Position numbers and translations under genes: made by a program. A model generated the notes under the pieces. It was not told the origin of the DNA. It saw nothing but the letters and a program-made list of their open reading frames with translations, and did no database searches. A DNA stretch of 52,866 bases from a virus (lineage: Duplodnaviria > Caudoviricetes): positions 1-52,866 of IMG/VR virus record IMGVR_UViG_3300007960_000032, one strand, 5' to 3'. This document shows, one piece after another, positions 17,628 to 28,100 of this stretch; position 1 is the stretch's first letter, and every line of letters begins with the position of its first letter.

Positions 17628-17656
17628 GACTAAATCCTCCTAAAATGTCTTAAATA

Positions 17657-17683
17657 TATTTATGCTTGTTAGATATATTTATA
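17657..17683 (-). promoter_or_regulatory. T4-type late promoters (TATAAATA at 17683-17676; CATAAATA at 17664-17657)
   Basis: Exact T4 gp55 consensus TATAAATA upstream of the fibre gene; a gp55 homologue is encoded in the window. Confidence 0.65.
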
Positions 17684-18251
17684 TATAATAATAATCAGGA
17701 AAATTATTACTTTTTAATCGATAGAAAACAAATGCTTGAGAATAACCCAACTTCCTTGCTGCTTCCGTTTGAGAAATGTATTTCACACCCTCGACCATAA
17801 CTGCTTTGGAACCATATGTGTTCCCTTTCAAATGGTTAGTCATCTTTCTTTTCCACTCTTCACTGAATGGCTTGCGTTTCTTACCTTTGAGTCGTTCGGA
17901 TAGCATCTTGTTATGTTTTGCCTTAAGTTGTTCGTATAATCTGGAATTTATCTTATAACGATTCTGCTTGTTGTTGTGACCCCACAACATTAAACTCAGT
18001 GCGTTTATCATCTGCCATTTATGTTTTTTCTCAGAAACCATTTTGGTTAATAGCCAATGGCAAATGAAATGCTGACGCCCAGTTAAACGCACCATGTTAG
18101 AGTCTTCGTCTAAACCTCCCAAACATTTTGGAATAATGTGGTGATTTTCTGTGTATTGGTCATAGGGTTCTCGGTCAAATACTGGTTGACGAGCGTGTTC
18201 TATTATGCTATAATATATTTTAGTGTATTTGTTGTCAATAAATAATGTCAT
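17679..18251 (-). mobile_element. Free-standing HNH homing endonuclease with NUMOD3-like and helix-turn-helix C-terminal modules
   Basis: ENHHIIPKCLGG...N.V.LT.RQHFICH.LL (HNH, MobE-like); KPFSEEWKRKM (NUMOD3-like); YISQTEAARKLG (HTH). Confidence 0.88.
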
Positions 18252-18256
18252 TGCTG

Positions 18257-18318
18257 TAACTCTTGCTAGTTATAGAGAAGGCGGATGCACAAACATCGCG
18301 ACCTTCACACTATTTAAC
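18257..18318 (-). promoter_or_regulatory. Structured leader of the HNH gene: late-promoter-like GTTAAATA plus two hairpins
   Basis: GTTAAATA (18318-18311); bulged hairpin GAAGG.CG.GATG/CATC.CG.CCTTC (18306-18277); TAACT-agcaag-AGTTA hairpin (18272-18257) just before the ATG. Confidence 0.55.
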
Positions 18319-18324
18319 AAACAA

Positions 18325-18990
18325 TTACAGACTAGTTAAATTTGTTAGAGTTTGAATACGGATTGTATAATCTATTTGTATCAATCTGTTCAAACTTTTT
18401 TGCACAGGATGGAAAACAACATGAGTAAGTAACTTACCAGTGTTAACAGTTCCAATCCAACTTTTTAGTCCTAGCTCATCAAATGTATATGTATCATTAA
18501 AATTACTAGTATTGTCAAATGCCTGTTGGTCATTTGGTTCACCGTAGTCTAGTAAACAACTAACTACGATATCACTGTAGATATTTCCACTAACGTGGTT
18601 TACTGTGATTTTATTTCTTCCTGGGTCGGTGTTGAGACTTGAATTGTCATCAATCACTTTATAATATGTTTGGTTATAAAGACTTGCATTTTGTCCTGTT
18701 GAGTTAGCTGGCAAATATGTAATAACGCCAGTTGGATCAACGTTGGTGCCGCCATTGCCAAATGCAATCTCGTGTGCAAATCCGGTTGTCTTGTTAGCCA
18801 CACTCAGCGCCAATGCTTCACTCATATTCTCATAATGAATAGCATTGCGTTTGTTTACAATATCTTCTCCAGTTTCTGGATCAAAGATACGAATGTGTCC
18901 TTCCATCATTACGCCGCCTTGTTCTTTAAGCGGAGATGTAGGTTGCTGGTTTTCTAAATTTTCCATGTTCTTTTTTTCATTCTCTTGCAT
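18325..18990 (-). CDS. Virion structural protein (tail/baseplate-associated)
   Basis: 221 aa; GHIRIFDP...NAIH...FGNGG...FDELGL...THVVFHPVQKS, a beta-rich pattern like fibre-attachment proteins; lies between fibre genes. Confidence 0.65.
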   Translation of the reverse strand: MQENEKKNMENLENQQPTSPLKEQGGVMMEGHIRIFDPETGEDIVNKRNAIHYENMSEALALSVANKTTGFAHEIAFGNGGTNVDPTGVITYLPANSTGQNASLYNQTYYKVIDDNSSLNTDPGRNKITVNHVSGNIYSDIVVSCLLDYGEPNDQQAFDNTSNFNDTYTFDELGLKSWIGTVNTGKLLTHVVFHPVQKSLNRLIQIDYTIRIQTLTNLTSL

Positions 18991-18994
18991 TATA

Positions 18995-21900
18995 CTATAC
19001 CTTTAACATGCATTCAATAAGTTTTTCGCCAGTATTGTCACTTGATTCAAGAGCAATGCCCACACGTTCACCATCTGCTGTTGCGCTTGCTACCCCGTTA
19101 AGGTCTGCTTTAACAACTTGTCCTTTAGTAACTGCACCAACAACTCTAACTGGCACTCGACCAACTAGTGCAACAGGTGCGCCGTTTTCTAATTTACTGT
19201 TCATCAAATACGCCGGAGCAGTTGAAATAACGCCAGCTGGAATATTAGTTGGCGTACAATATGTAATCTCTGCTCCTCCCCCAATAGTAACTACTGTGCC
19301 AGCTGGATATGCTGCATCTGGAACGTACATTTCTGCCAAGTCAGCGTATTGTGCCGATGTTGCTTGACCAGCAAAGTTTGCGGCTGTTAGTGTATTGGTT
19401 CCAGGATTATAAGTAAACTCGCTGGTGCCTGAGTCAATTTGAGCTGTAAATGCGCCACTAGCATCACCAGTGGTGCTGCTGAAAAGAACTTTGAAATCTG
19501 AAGATCCACTCTGTGCTGTTTGGCGAATTTCGTCTGTCCAACTTAGTACACCACTGGCATTACTTTTTAGTAGATACCCAGTACTAGAAGCATCTGCTGC
19601 TGGCAGTGTCCAAGTTACATTGCTTGCAACCGTTGGTGGTGCTTGGAACGCAACCCAGTTACTACTGTCTGCATCTGCAAATCTCAAATCGCCTTGTGCT
19701 GACAATTGAACATTACTCTGCATGTCAATAACACCAGTACCGTTTGTCAGTAACTCAATATTAGCATTACTGTCTGTAGAATTAATTTTATTACCACTAA
19801 TAGTTAAACTTCCAGTTTTATATGATCCGGCTTCGACCGGTCCATATTTAAAACTAGAATGGGCTGTATTAATAGCACCAGTGGGTTCTAAATCATATTC
19901 ATTTACAAATTTCCAGGTTCTATCAGTAACATCAAAGAATAGGCCAACGTGCGTGTATCCTGGGGCTGATGTGCCTGTGTTTTCATTACTCCATAAACCA
20001 GTATCTTGTGAAATTGGTGCCGCTGTACCAACCCATTTGTCACCAATTGTGTGACCAGTTGTTGCCAGGAAACGTATGGTAATATTACTATCTAATGCTT
20101 GCGCTGTGCTATCAATAGCGACACCAGTTGCTTCTGTACTAGCAAAGTTATCTTTACTCCACTCAAATGTATCAGGAGTTCCTGTGCTGTCAATTCTTAC
20201 ATAATATGTTGTAGTTGTACTACCTTCAAAATAACCTTCAAGCACCCCGTCGTCTAGACCGCTGCCCGTAAAGATTGTATTGTCGTCACCAATAGCATCA
20301 CCTGCATTTAAGTAGATGTACTGATCAGCAACACTCAAGTTTGCTGCACCAACGGTGTTAGTAGAACCAGTTACTGTTAAGTCACCACCAATGGTAACGT
20401 TGTTTCCAACAGTTAAATTATTAGAAATAGTTACACTGTTGGGTAATCCAATTGTAATAGTGTTGGATGCCACACTAGTGTTAATTTCGTTTGATGTTCC
20501 AGAGAAGGAAACAGTATCACCAATAGCAATAGTATCACTGCCAGTGTCGCCTGTTGCGGTAAAGATTGTTGCACCGCTGCTTGCTCTTGCATCAACATAC
20601 GCTTTAGTTGCAGCGTCTTGTGCTGCGGCTGGGTCTGCAACATTAGTAATTCTGTTCGAAGATGCACTAATCTGGCTTCTAACTTCAACAATACCAGTGC
20701 CACTTGGGTCTAATACTATATTAGCATTAGTAATATTTGATCTAATATTATTATCAGCAACAGTAATGTTATCAATAACAGCAGAACTCACTGTTAATGC
20801 CCCGCCACTAATTGCACTTGCTCCAACATCAATGCTACCAAAATTACTGGTAATACTGCCAGAGTCAAGCGCACCAGTGGTTACAATACTAGCAAGATTG
20901 CCTGTAGTAATTATTGTACCAGTTGCATCAGGAAGTGTATGGATTCTATCAGAACTTGGATCTGCTATTACTAGTGTAGAAGTATTACTAGATCCTGTAA
21001 ATACTAGGTCATATGTATTTGCTAATGTTAAGTTAGCAGCAAGTGTTCCCAAACTTGTAATATTTGTTTGCGCGGCTGTTGTTAGTGTGCCTGCTAGTGA
21101 CGTCGCTGTAACTGTACTTGCAGTTAGATTACCTACTACTTGTACAACACCGGTACCACTTGGATCCAGTACTAGGTTGTCGTTGCTTCGTGTTGTACTA
21201 ATATTGTTGTCATTAATAGTAATACCGTCTGTAGTAAGACTAGTAAATGTTGGAGTTGAGCTAATTGCTATTTCAATGTCATTGGTATTCTGTGTTAGTG
21301 TAACCCCAGTACCAGGAGTTAAAGATCTTAATCTAAAATCAACGCCAACTTTGTTGGAAAAAATTTCTCTGCCAGTTCCTAGGTTAGTAATTGTGTTTGC
21401 TTCACCACCACTAGCACCTGGGGCCGCTGCTGGCATCCAATATCCCTGAGAATTATCCCAGGTTAACACATAACTGTTTACAGGAGCAATGGCTGTAGTA
21501 TTAACGTCACTTAGATCATCAATACTAGCGGCAGCAATTCTAGCGTCTGCTCTTACATCTGTGTAGTACAAATTTGTTAGTTCAGGAATGTCAGCAGTAT
21601 TAACCTGATTTGTTCCTGTACCAAAATCAATTAATGTATCGTCAATACCGTTTGCAAGCAAGGTTACGGCGCCACTTGTAACACTGAAGTGATCTGTGCT
21701 AAAACTAGCAATACCTTTATTGCTGGCTGTTGCATCTTCAGCACTAATAACACCAGTTGTAATATCAATGCCTTCACCAGCACTAATGTGTGCTCTAACT
21801 TCACTAGCACTAGGACCAGTGTATGTTATTACGCCAGTAGTGCTATTGTAAGCTAGACTACCGTCACCACCAGCATCAGTAATACTAATACTAGCTCTTG

Positions 21901-22108
21901 ATCTAGTATCTGTGTAATATAAGTTAGTGCCTTCTGTAATATTTGTAGTGCCAATAGTAAGTGCATTATTAGAAGCACTGACGCCATTCACTGTTTTCAC
22001 ATAGTTTGCTTCTAGTGTAGTAGTTCTGGTGTTCAGATCAGTAAAGTTCCCATCTACTTCTGCGTGGGTTAACGGAACACTTCTGCTGCTTCTAAGTATA
22101 ATAGCCAT
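18995..22108 (-). CDS. Long tail fibre protein
   Basis: 1037 aa, T/S/G-rich; N-terminal PLTHAEVDGNF, repeated E.TNLYYT and NxxL.P.GTG.V modules, DAATKAYVD, C-terminal YADLAE domain. Confidence 0.85.
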   Translation of the reverse strand: MAIILRSSRSVPLTHAEVDGNFTDLNTRTTTLEANYVKTVNGVSASNNALTIGTTNITEGTNLYYTDTRSRASISITDAGGDGSLAYNSTTGVITYTGPSASEVRAHISAGEGIDITTGVISAEDATASNKGIASFSTDHFSVTSGAVTLLANGIDDTLIDFGTGTNQVNTADIPELTNLYYTDVRADARIAAASIDDLSDVNTTAIAPVNSYVLTWDNSQGYWMPAAAPGASGGEANTITNLGTGREIFSNKVGVDFRLRSLTPGTGVTLTQNTNDIEIAISSTPTFTSLTTDGITINDNNISTTRSNDNLVLDPSGTGVVQVVGNLTASTVTATSLAGTLTTAAQTNITSLGTLAANLTLANTYDLVFTGSSNTSTLVIADPSSDRIHTLPDATGTIITTGNLASIVTTGALDSGSITSNFGSIDVGASAISGGALTVSSAVIDNITVADNNIRSNITNANIVLDPSGTGIVEVRSQISASSNRITNVADPAAAQDAATKAYVDARASSGATIFTATGDTGSDTIAIGDTVSFSGTSNEINTSVASNTITIGLPNSVTISNNLTVGNNVTIGGDLTVTGSTNTVGAANLSVADQYIYLNAGDAIGDDNTIFTGSGLDDGVLEGYFEGSTTTTYYVRIDSTGTPDTFEWSKDNFASTEATGVAIDSTAQALDSNITIRFLATTGHTIGDKWVGTAAPISQDTGLWSNENTGTSAPGYTHVGLFFDVTDRTWKFVNEYDLEPTGAINTAHSSFKYGPVEAGSYKTGSLTISGNKINSTDSNANIELLTNGTGVIDMQSNVQLSAQGDLRFADADSSNWVAFQAPPTVASNVTWTLPAADASSTGYLLKSNASGVLSWTDEIRQTAQSGSSDFKVLFSSTTGDASGAFTAQIDSGTSEFTYNPGTNTLTAANFAGQATSAQYADLAEMYVPDAAYPAGTVVTIGGGAEITYCTPTNIPAGVISTAPAYLMNSKLENGAPVALVGRVPVRVVGAVTKGQVVKADLNGVASATADGERVGIALESSDNTGEKLIECMLKV

Positions 22109-22129
22109 TATTTCAATATCTCACTAGTG

Positions 22130-22149
22130 TATTTATTCTTGTATTTATG
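22130..22149 (-). promoter_or_regulatory. Tandem late-promoter-like motifs CATAAATA / AATAAATA
   Basis: Two TAAATA cores in the 59-nt gap upstream of the long fibre gene. Confidence 0.5.
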
Positions 22150-22167
22150 TGGTATTATAATCAACAT

Positions 22168-25100
22168 TTATAAGTCCAAATCTGCTACGTAGCCTTCATC
22201 AACATATCCATCTACCACATACCTAGGACTCTGGAATTCTTGCAAGTAATTAGGAACAAATGCCTCACATGCTTTAAGGAAGTTAGCATTTGTTGTTGTT
22301 GCGCTCTGAATACCATTGCCGTCTGCCGCTGTCGACACACCTGCTGTGTACCAGGTTTGTGTATGTGTGTTAGTTGCTGGCAATCTCTGTGCATCAGTTG
22401 TGTCATATACTTCTGTTCCGATTAGATGTGTCCCTGCAAATCGTGTTCCGTTTGTAGCACGTCTAATCTGTGTAATATAATTATTAGTGTAATCAATACT
22501 CCAATACGTAATACGCTCGTTACCTACATATACTACACCTGGTTTATTAGAATTTGGACTAGGCTGTGGTAGTTTGCTTGCATCCTGCACATAAATCTTA
22601 GTATCAGTTGGTTTAACCTCTTGTGTAAGTTTAGTGGCTCCGTCTGTGCACAATCTAAAGTATTCGTAGTTGCCCAACATGTCGTTAACCATTCTGTAAC
22701 CTACAGTTGGTTCTATGTTTCTTTCACTAAAGTGTGTAACAATAATTTCACTTGTTACTGTTAGTGATTGTGAAGTTAAATCAAGTCTTCCATTTTCGTC
22801 AATATTGTAATCACCAGCATGTAATCTTACACCATCCAGTGTAACCCAAAGATTGTTTGTGTTAGTTGGAATACGATCTAGTACAAATTTGTTAACAGCC
22901 TGGCCGCCTTGAGCTAACAGATCAAATCCAACACTGTCAAATCCGCTGTTGTCAAAGTCATCGATAGTCTGTGTAACTTGTGATCCTGTGCCAATATAAA
23001 CTTTTGTGTGTACACGCAATGGATCATAGTTGTTAAAGCTGGTTACATGCAGTTTGTCGTTAGTAGCAAAAATTACACCACTGCCTAATCTAATTTCATT
23101 GCTGCTATTAATGAAATATTCATTAGCATTGGCAACTGAAACTATCAATGTGTCGCCACTGTTATAAGCACTTAACAAGTTTATTCTATAATAAAGAGTA
23201 CTGTCAACATCTTCTTGACTTGTTACAGTATAGTCTTGAACATTGAGCAAGTTGTATGTAATATTAGTTGCTGCATCAATTCTAGTTACCTGGATGTCAC
23301 CTGTTGCAACATTGGCGACTGTTTCGCCAGCAGTAACCGGAGTTCTATAAGCAAGTGTGGATCCGTCCAATGTGTAATATTCAGCATTAGCGGGACGTAG
23401 TCTTGTTCCGTTTAACTCAACAATAGCATTGCCTGTTCTTGGATTACTAAATCCTGTAAATGATTCAGTTAAGTTGTAAATCAGTGTTCCGCTAGTAAGT
23501 GTAATCTCTTGTGTTTCACCGTAAGTAAATGCAGCTTTGTCTACAGCACGATTACTGATAATAACATGAATTAGCGACCCGTTGGGGTTAGCATCGTTGG
23601 TAGTAAGAACAATTCTTCCATCTGTTCCGTCAGTAATAGTATGTGCTACACTTATGCCATCTCTAAGCACCAAGCTCTGTGTATATCTAGTATAGTTAAT
23701 ACCAAGTGTAAACTGAACTGTACTAGCATCACCGATAAATGTCTGCTCGTACGTGATCTTTTCACCAGTAACTCCATATCCATAAATGTAAACATTGGTG
23801 TTTGCTGCTGGTGCACTAGACAACGACACTGTTCTATTTTCATAGTCAGCAGTAAAGTCATAAACTCTGGTGCTTCCAGTGTATACTACCAAGTAGTCAA
23901 CTAGATCACGCTGTGCAGATCCTGCATAGGAGAATGTTTGTTGTGTTCCACTAGCAGTATATACACGGGATACTGTAGTAAAGCTATTACCGTCACCAGC
24001 ATAATCGTCACTAGGATCAGTGTAAACTTCCATGTCCAGGTTGTCAAATACAATACCAGGCACTACTTCTTCTGGAGCGTGGCTTGAATATACATCAACA
24101 AATCCACCGCCGTCTACGTTAATATCTTCTGGGCGGGTTCCTAGTGCAATGTCAGTAAATGTACTTGAGATAGTAGTGTCAAGAGCACTTGCGCCGCTGA
24201 GTACTGTTAGCCCGTTTGCATCAACATCAAAGTCATCAAAGCCCAAGTTGTCAAAACTTGCTTCATCAAATCCTGGCTCTCTGTCAAAACCAATACCACT
24301 TACTTTGTTACCCAAGTAGTCTGTTCCTGATTGTAACAATGACAAATCATCGCCAATCATTCCAGCAGTTGGGGCATAGTAGGCTGCAATTCTATCAGCA
24401 GCACTTGCTAAATTAGCACCATCATAAACTACAAGAGCAACTGCACCAGTGGTATCTTCAACACTGAATGTTGTTCCGCTAGTAAATCCACCTGAAACGT
24501 TAACCTGGTATACATCTTGCTTGCCAGTATTAGGGTTGTTGTATGATACCAAGTCCAAGTAGTTATAAGCAGTATTTGCAGCCCAGTCCAGGACTGTTGA
24601 ACTATACGTAATTCTGTCAAACTTAATAGTTGTATCAAATTCTCTAATAGTATCGTTCTTAATTCTTGGTAGTAATCTTAATCCAGTTCCATTGCCCTTA
24701 ACGGTAATAGTTGGTGTTTTGGTGTAGCCACTGCCTTTGTTAGTAACTCTAACACGGATAATAGAATCGCCGTTTGTAACCGCAGTAACAGTTGCCTGTG
24801 TTCCTGACTCTAAATCAGGCGCACTAACTGTAATAACAGGATTGTCAGTAAATCCAGTACCTGCTGCATAAATTACAACACTGTCTAGGTAGTAACTGTA
24901 GTTGTCTGCCCAGGGCTTATCAACTGTGTTTCCTGTGGTTCTCGAAACTTCATCGCCAGCAAAATCGCCACTGTACTTTCTAAAGTAACCAGTACTGCTA
25001 TCATAAAATGCATGTAAATCAAAGTCAGTAACATCGCCCTGGAACTGGTCATCACCGTCATACTTTGCTGTGTACTCACGAATGTTAGTGTGGTATGGCT

Positions 25101-28100
25101 TAACTTCATTGATAAACTCTTCAATAAAGGTTGAGTTATCAAGTTGATATGTTGGGTACTGTGATAAGTTTCTAACCTTGTGTAGTACTTTTAAGAAACT
25201 AGTTTTAATAAGCCAGTCCAATCCACTGCTATGTAACTCGTGCATTGAGAACTCAACCATTCTAAAGAATAGTTCATTGCGTTTACTTGCTAGATTGTCT
25301 TTAAAGATATCAGTGAAGATTGCTGTTGCAATATTTCTAACTTCCTGATGCGGCACTCTGTCAAACTTTTCAAAGTCAAATACGCCACTGTCAAATCCAA
25401 TATAACTTCCGCTTGCTGCATTAGCATAGTCGTATATTGTGCTCTTGAGTTCAATAGTACCGTTCTCAATAATAACTTCCTGCCAAACGCCAGTGTCAGT
25501 GTACTGGAAGAAACTAAAGTTTCCGTCATCGTTACTGCGGACTTTGGCTAGTTCATTAGTGCTGGCAGTTAACCTTGCCAAATCTGGCTCAGTTGCTACT
25601 GTATATGTTGGAATAGTTGTACTGTCAAATCCAGTTGCATACCAGTTTGAATAATTCCAGTATCTTGATGTATTATATCCTTGGACCCGTAACAAGAACC
25701 AGTATCTGAGTCCTGTGCTAGTTGCTCTTAGTTCGTAAATAGTCCAATCACCGCCAACCGTACTGTCTGAATTAACTAGCACTTTATAACCAATTGCAAA
25801 AGTTAACTTGTTTAAGAAGTCTCTGGTAGTAATGTCGGCTACTTTTTTGTCCCAAGCACCGCTTGCTTTTGTTGGTACAGGGTCGCTTAGGAATAGTGTA
25901 TCCAAGGTATACTGTCTCGCAATTGGGGTTGTCTTAAACACCTTATTACAATAATCAATAAATGTCTTTAGTGCCTGCTGTCTGTCTTCAAACATTGTCT
26001 GGCGTGGGCGTGTGTTAATGCCATAACGCTCGCCAATGCTTAATGTGGTATCAGGTACAACAGCACCAGTTAAATCTGCACCTGCTAAACTATCAATTAG
26101 TTTGCTTTGTATTCTTGGTGGAATAGCCTGTGCAGGGTCGCCTTCACTGACTAAGTCAAATTCTGTGTGTAGTATTCCTTCGTTCTTGACAACATCATAG
26201 TTAATACTTACCACAGTATTTTTATCAGCAAAACTGTCTACCATGTTGTTGAGGACAAATGTATTTTGCGCTACAATACTCAAGTATTTGCCGCCTGTAG
26301 AGATTGGATTTTCAATCAGTTGACGAACACTTTCTGTGCTAAGTTGTCTACGCTCATCATTGGGGAACCCATTGAGACCAGTAACCCAGTAATAGTATTT
26401 GGTTACTGTTGTATTTGTAGAACTGTTATATCTAAGTGAAGTACTATAATTGCTGTCGTCAGTAAATTTGGGAGTTCCTGGCAAGCCACTGTCTGTGTGC
26501 TGACTTGGCGGAACATCGCTCTCCGTCCACTCATAAATGTCAATACTTGAACCTGGGAAGAACTGATTCCAATGTTGAACACGGTAGTCAATATCACCTT
26601 GTTCGTATTCTATTACTCTGCAAGTAGACAAGTCCCACCAAACTCTGCCAATCTTCTCATTGTTCCAGCCGCCTGTTTGTGAGAATGTTACAGCATCAGG
26701 TGTTGAACTTACATTGTAAGTTGCTGGATCGATGGGTAGAATGTAGTCAAGTTCTTGTTGTGCAAGACCAGGTAGTTTGTTTTTAAAGATGTCAACAGTA
26801 TCAACAAAATCAATTATCTCGTTGTTTACTTTGTTATAGGTAACAATGCGGTTAATAACCGTAGGGTCTACTTTAGGTGTTTGCACACGGGTCTTTAACC
26901 AGGTACTGTCATTATTGGTATTTTGGAAATAATAAAAACTTCCTGCATTTGAAGCCCACACATCGTCTGTTGGGCTGCCAACAAATAGTTTAGTACGGCT
27001 TAGTACCATGCTGCCACCAAACTGATCTAATTCATCAATCTGTGTATTTTGCATCTGTTGTCCAAATGCAAACTTTGGCGGGTTAGCAATGCTTTGTGGA
27101 ACACCAGGTGTTGCACTACTGTCCAGTAAATCATAAATGTATGCTGCGCCACTTTGTGTAACTCTGTCAATAAACTTGGTGCTATCAGCATCAAATGTAG
27201 TTGTGAACTCGTTGTAAGTAGAGCTAGTAGTAACTGTGTCACGATCCATGCCCATGCGCAATTCTGTGCTTGCTCTATCACTGCTAATAACCATTCTTTG
27301 TTCAGCAACTGCATTAATGGGAATGTGCTTGTCAAATGCAATTACTCTACCAAAGTTTTCGTTCTCGGCTAGCAGTGGATGGTTTATCTTTTGCGTAAAC
27401 TTAAATGGCTCTACCTGTGCTAGGGTTTGGAATGTAGTTCCAGTTCCTGGGCGTACCTTGAGCTTCTTGTTAACAACTCCAGCACTGCCAGTAATAGTTA
27501 GGTTAGTAGTACCTACCGCCACTGCACTTACTGTAGTGATGGCAGCATTGTTAATTTCGCCTGCTAGTGTAGTTGCATCTGCACTGTCATTGAGAGCTAT
27601 TGTAATTTCATAATCATCAATGAATATGGAATCAAACTGTGCACTGAATGTTGACGCATCTGTACTTGCTGTAGTAACACTTCCAAAGCGTAGTCCTTCA
27701 TCAATAAAGATACTTGCAGACCCAGTGTTAGGATTAAGTTCATCTTCGCCAGGGCCACCAACAGCAACAATAGCACCGTAGGCGTCAATGCCCACGCTGT
27801 ATCCAAAGTTCTCATTGTCGGTTGGTTGGTTGCCAGTACTAAGTTGATTTAATCTCTGCATCTCTACAAAGTTACCAGTGTAAATCTTAACAACACTTCC
27901 GCTGGTAGGAATATATCTAAATGATATTGTGTTACCACTTACTGTATAGCGGTTTGCACTACTATCACTATCAAATCCGCCAAAAGATCCCGACGTAGCA
28001 ACTTGTTCTACGCCGTCTACTTCAACATAGAAGTTACTGGGTAATGTGTTACTGGTTGTAAACTGATAATCTGTTCCGTTGGCAGTAAACTTTTCTGCAA

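Noticed and set aside
17628-18324. Group I intron carrying the HNH gene
   Set aside because: Flanking non-coding segments are only about 50 and 73 nt, too short for a group I core, and the upstream gene ends with a normal stop.
20355-21449. 364-aa plus-strand ORF (and similar ones at 19008, 19722, 16639, 15767)
   Set aside because: Antisense to Thr/Ser/Gly-rich fibre genes, whose codon bias removes stops on the opposite strand; Val/Leu/Pro-rich composition is typical of such shadows.
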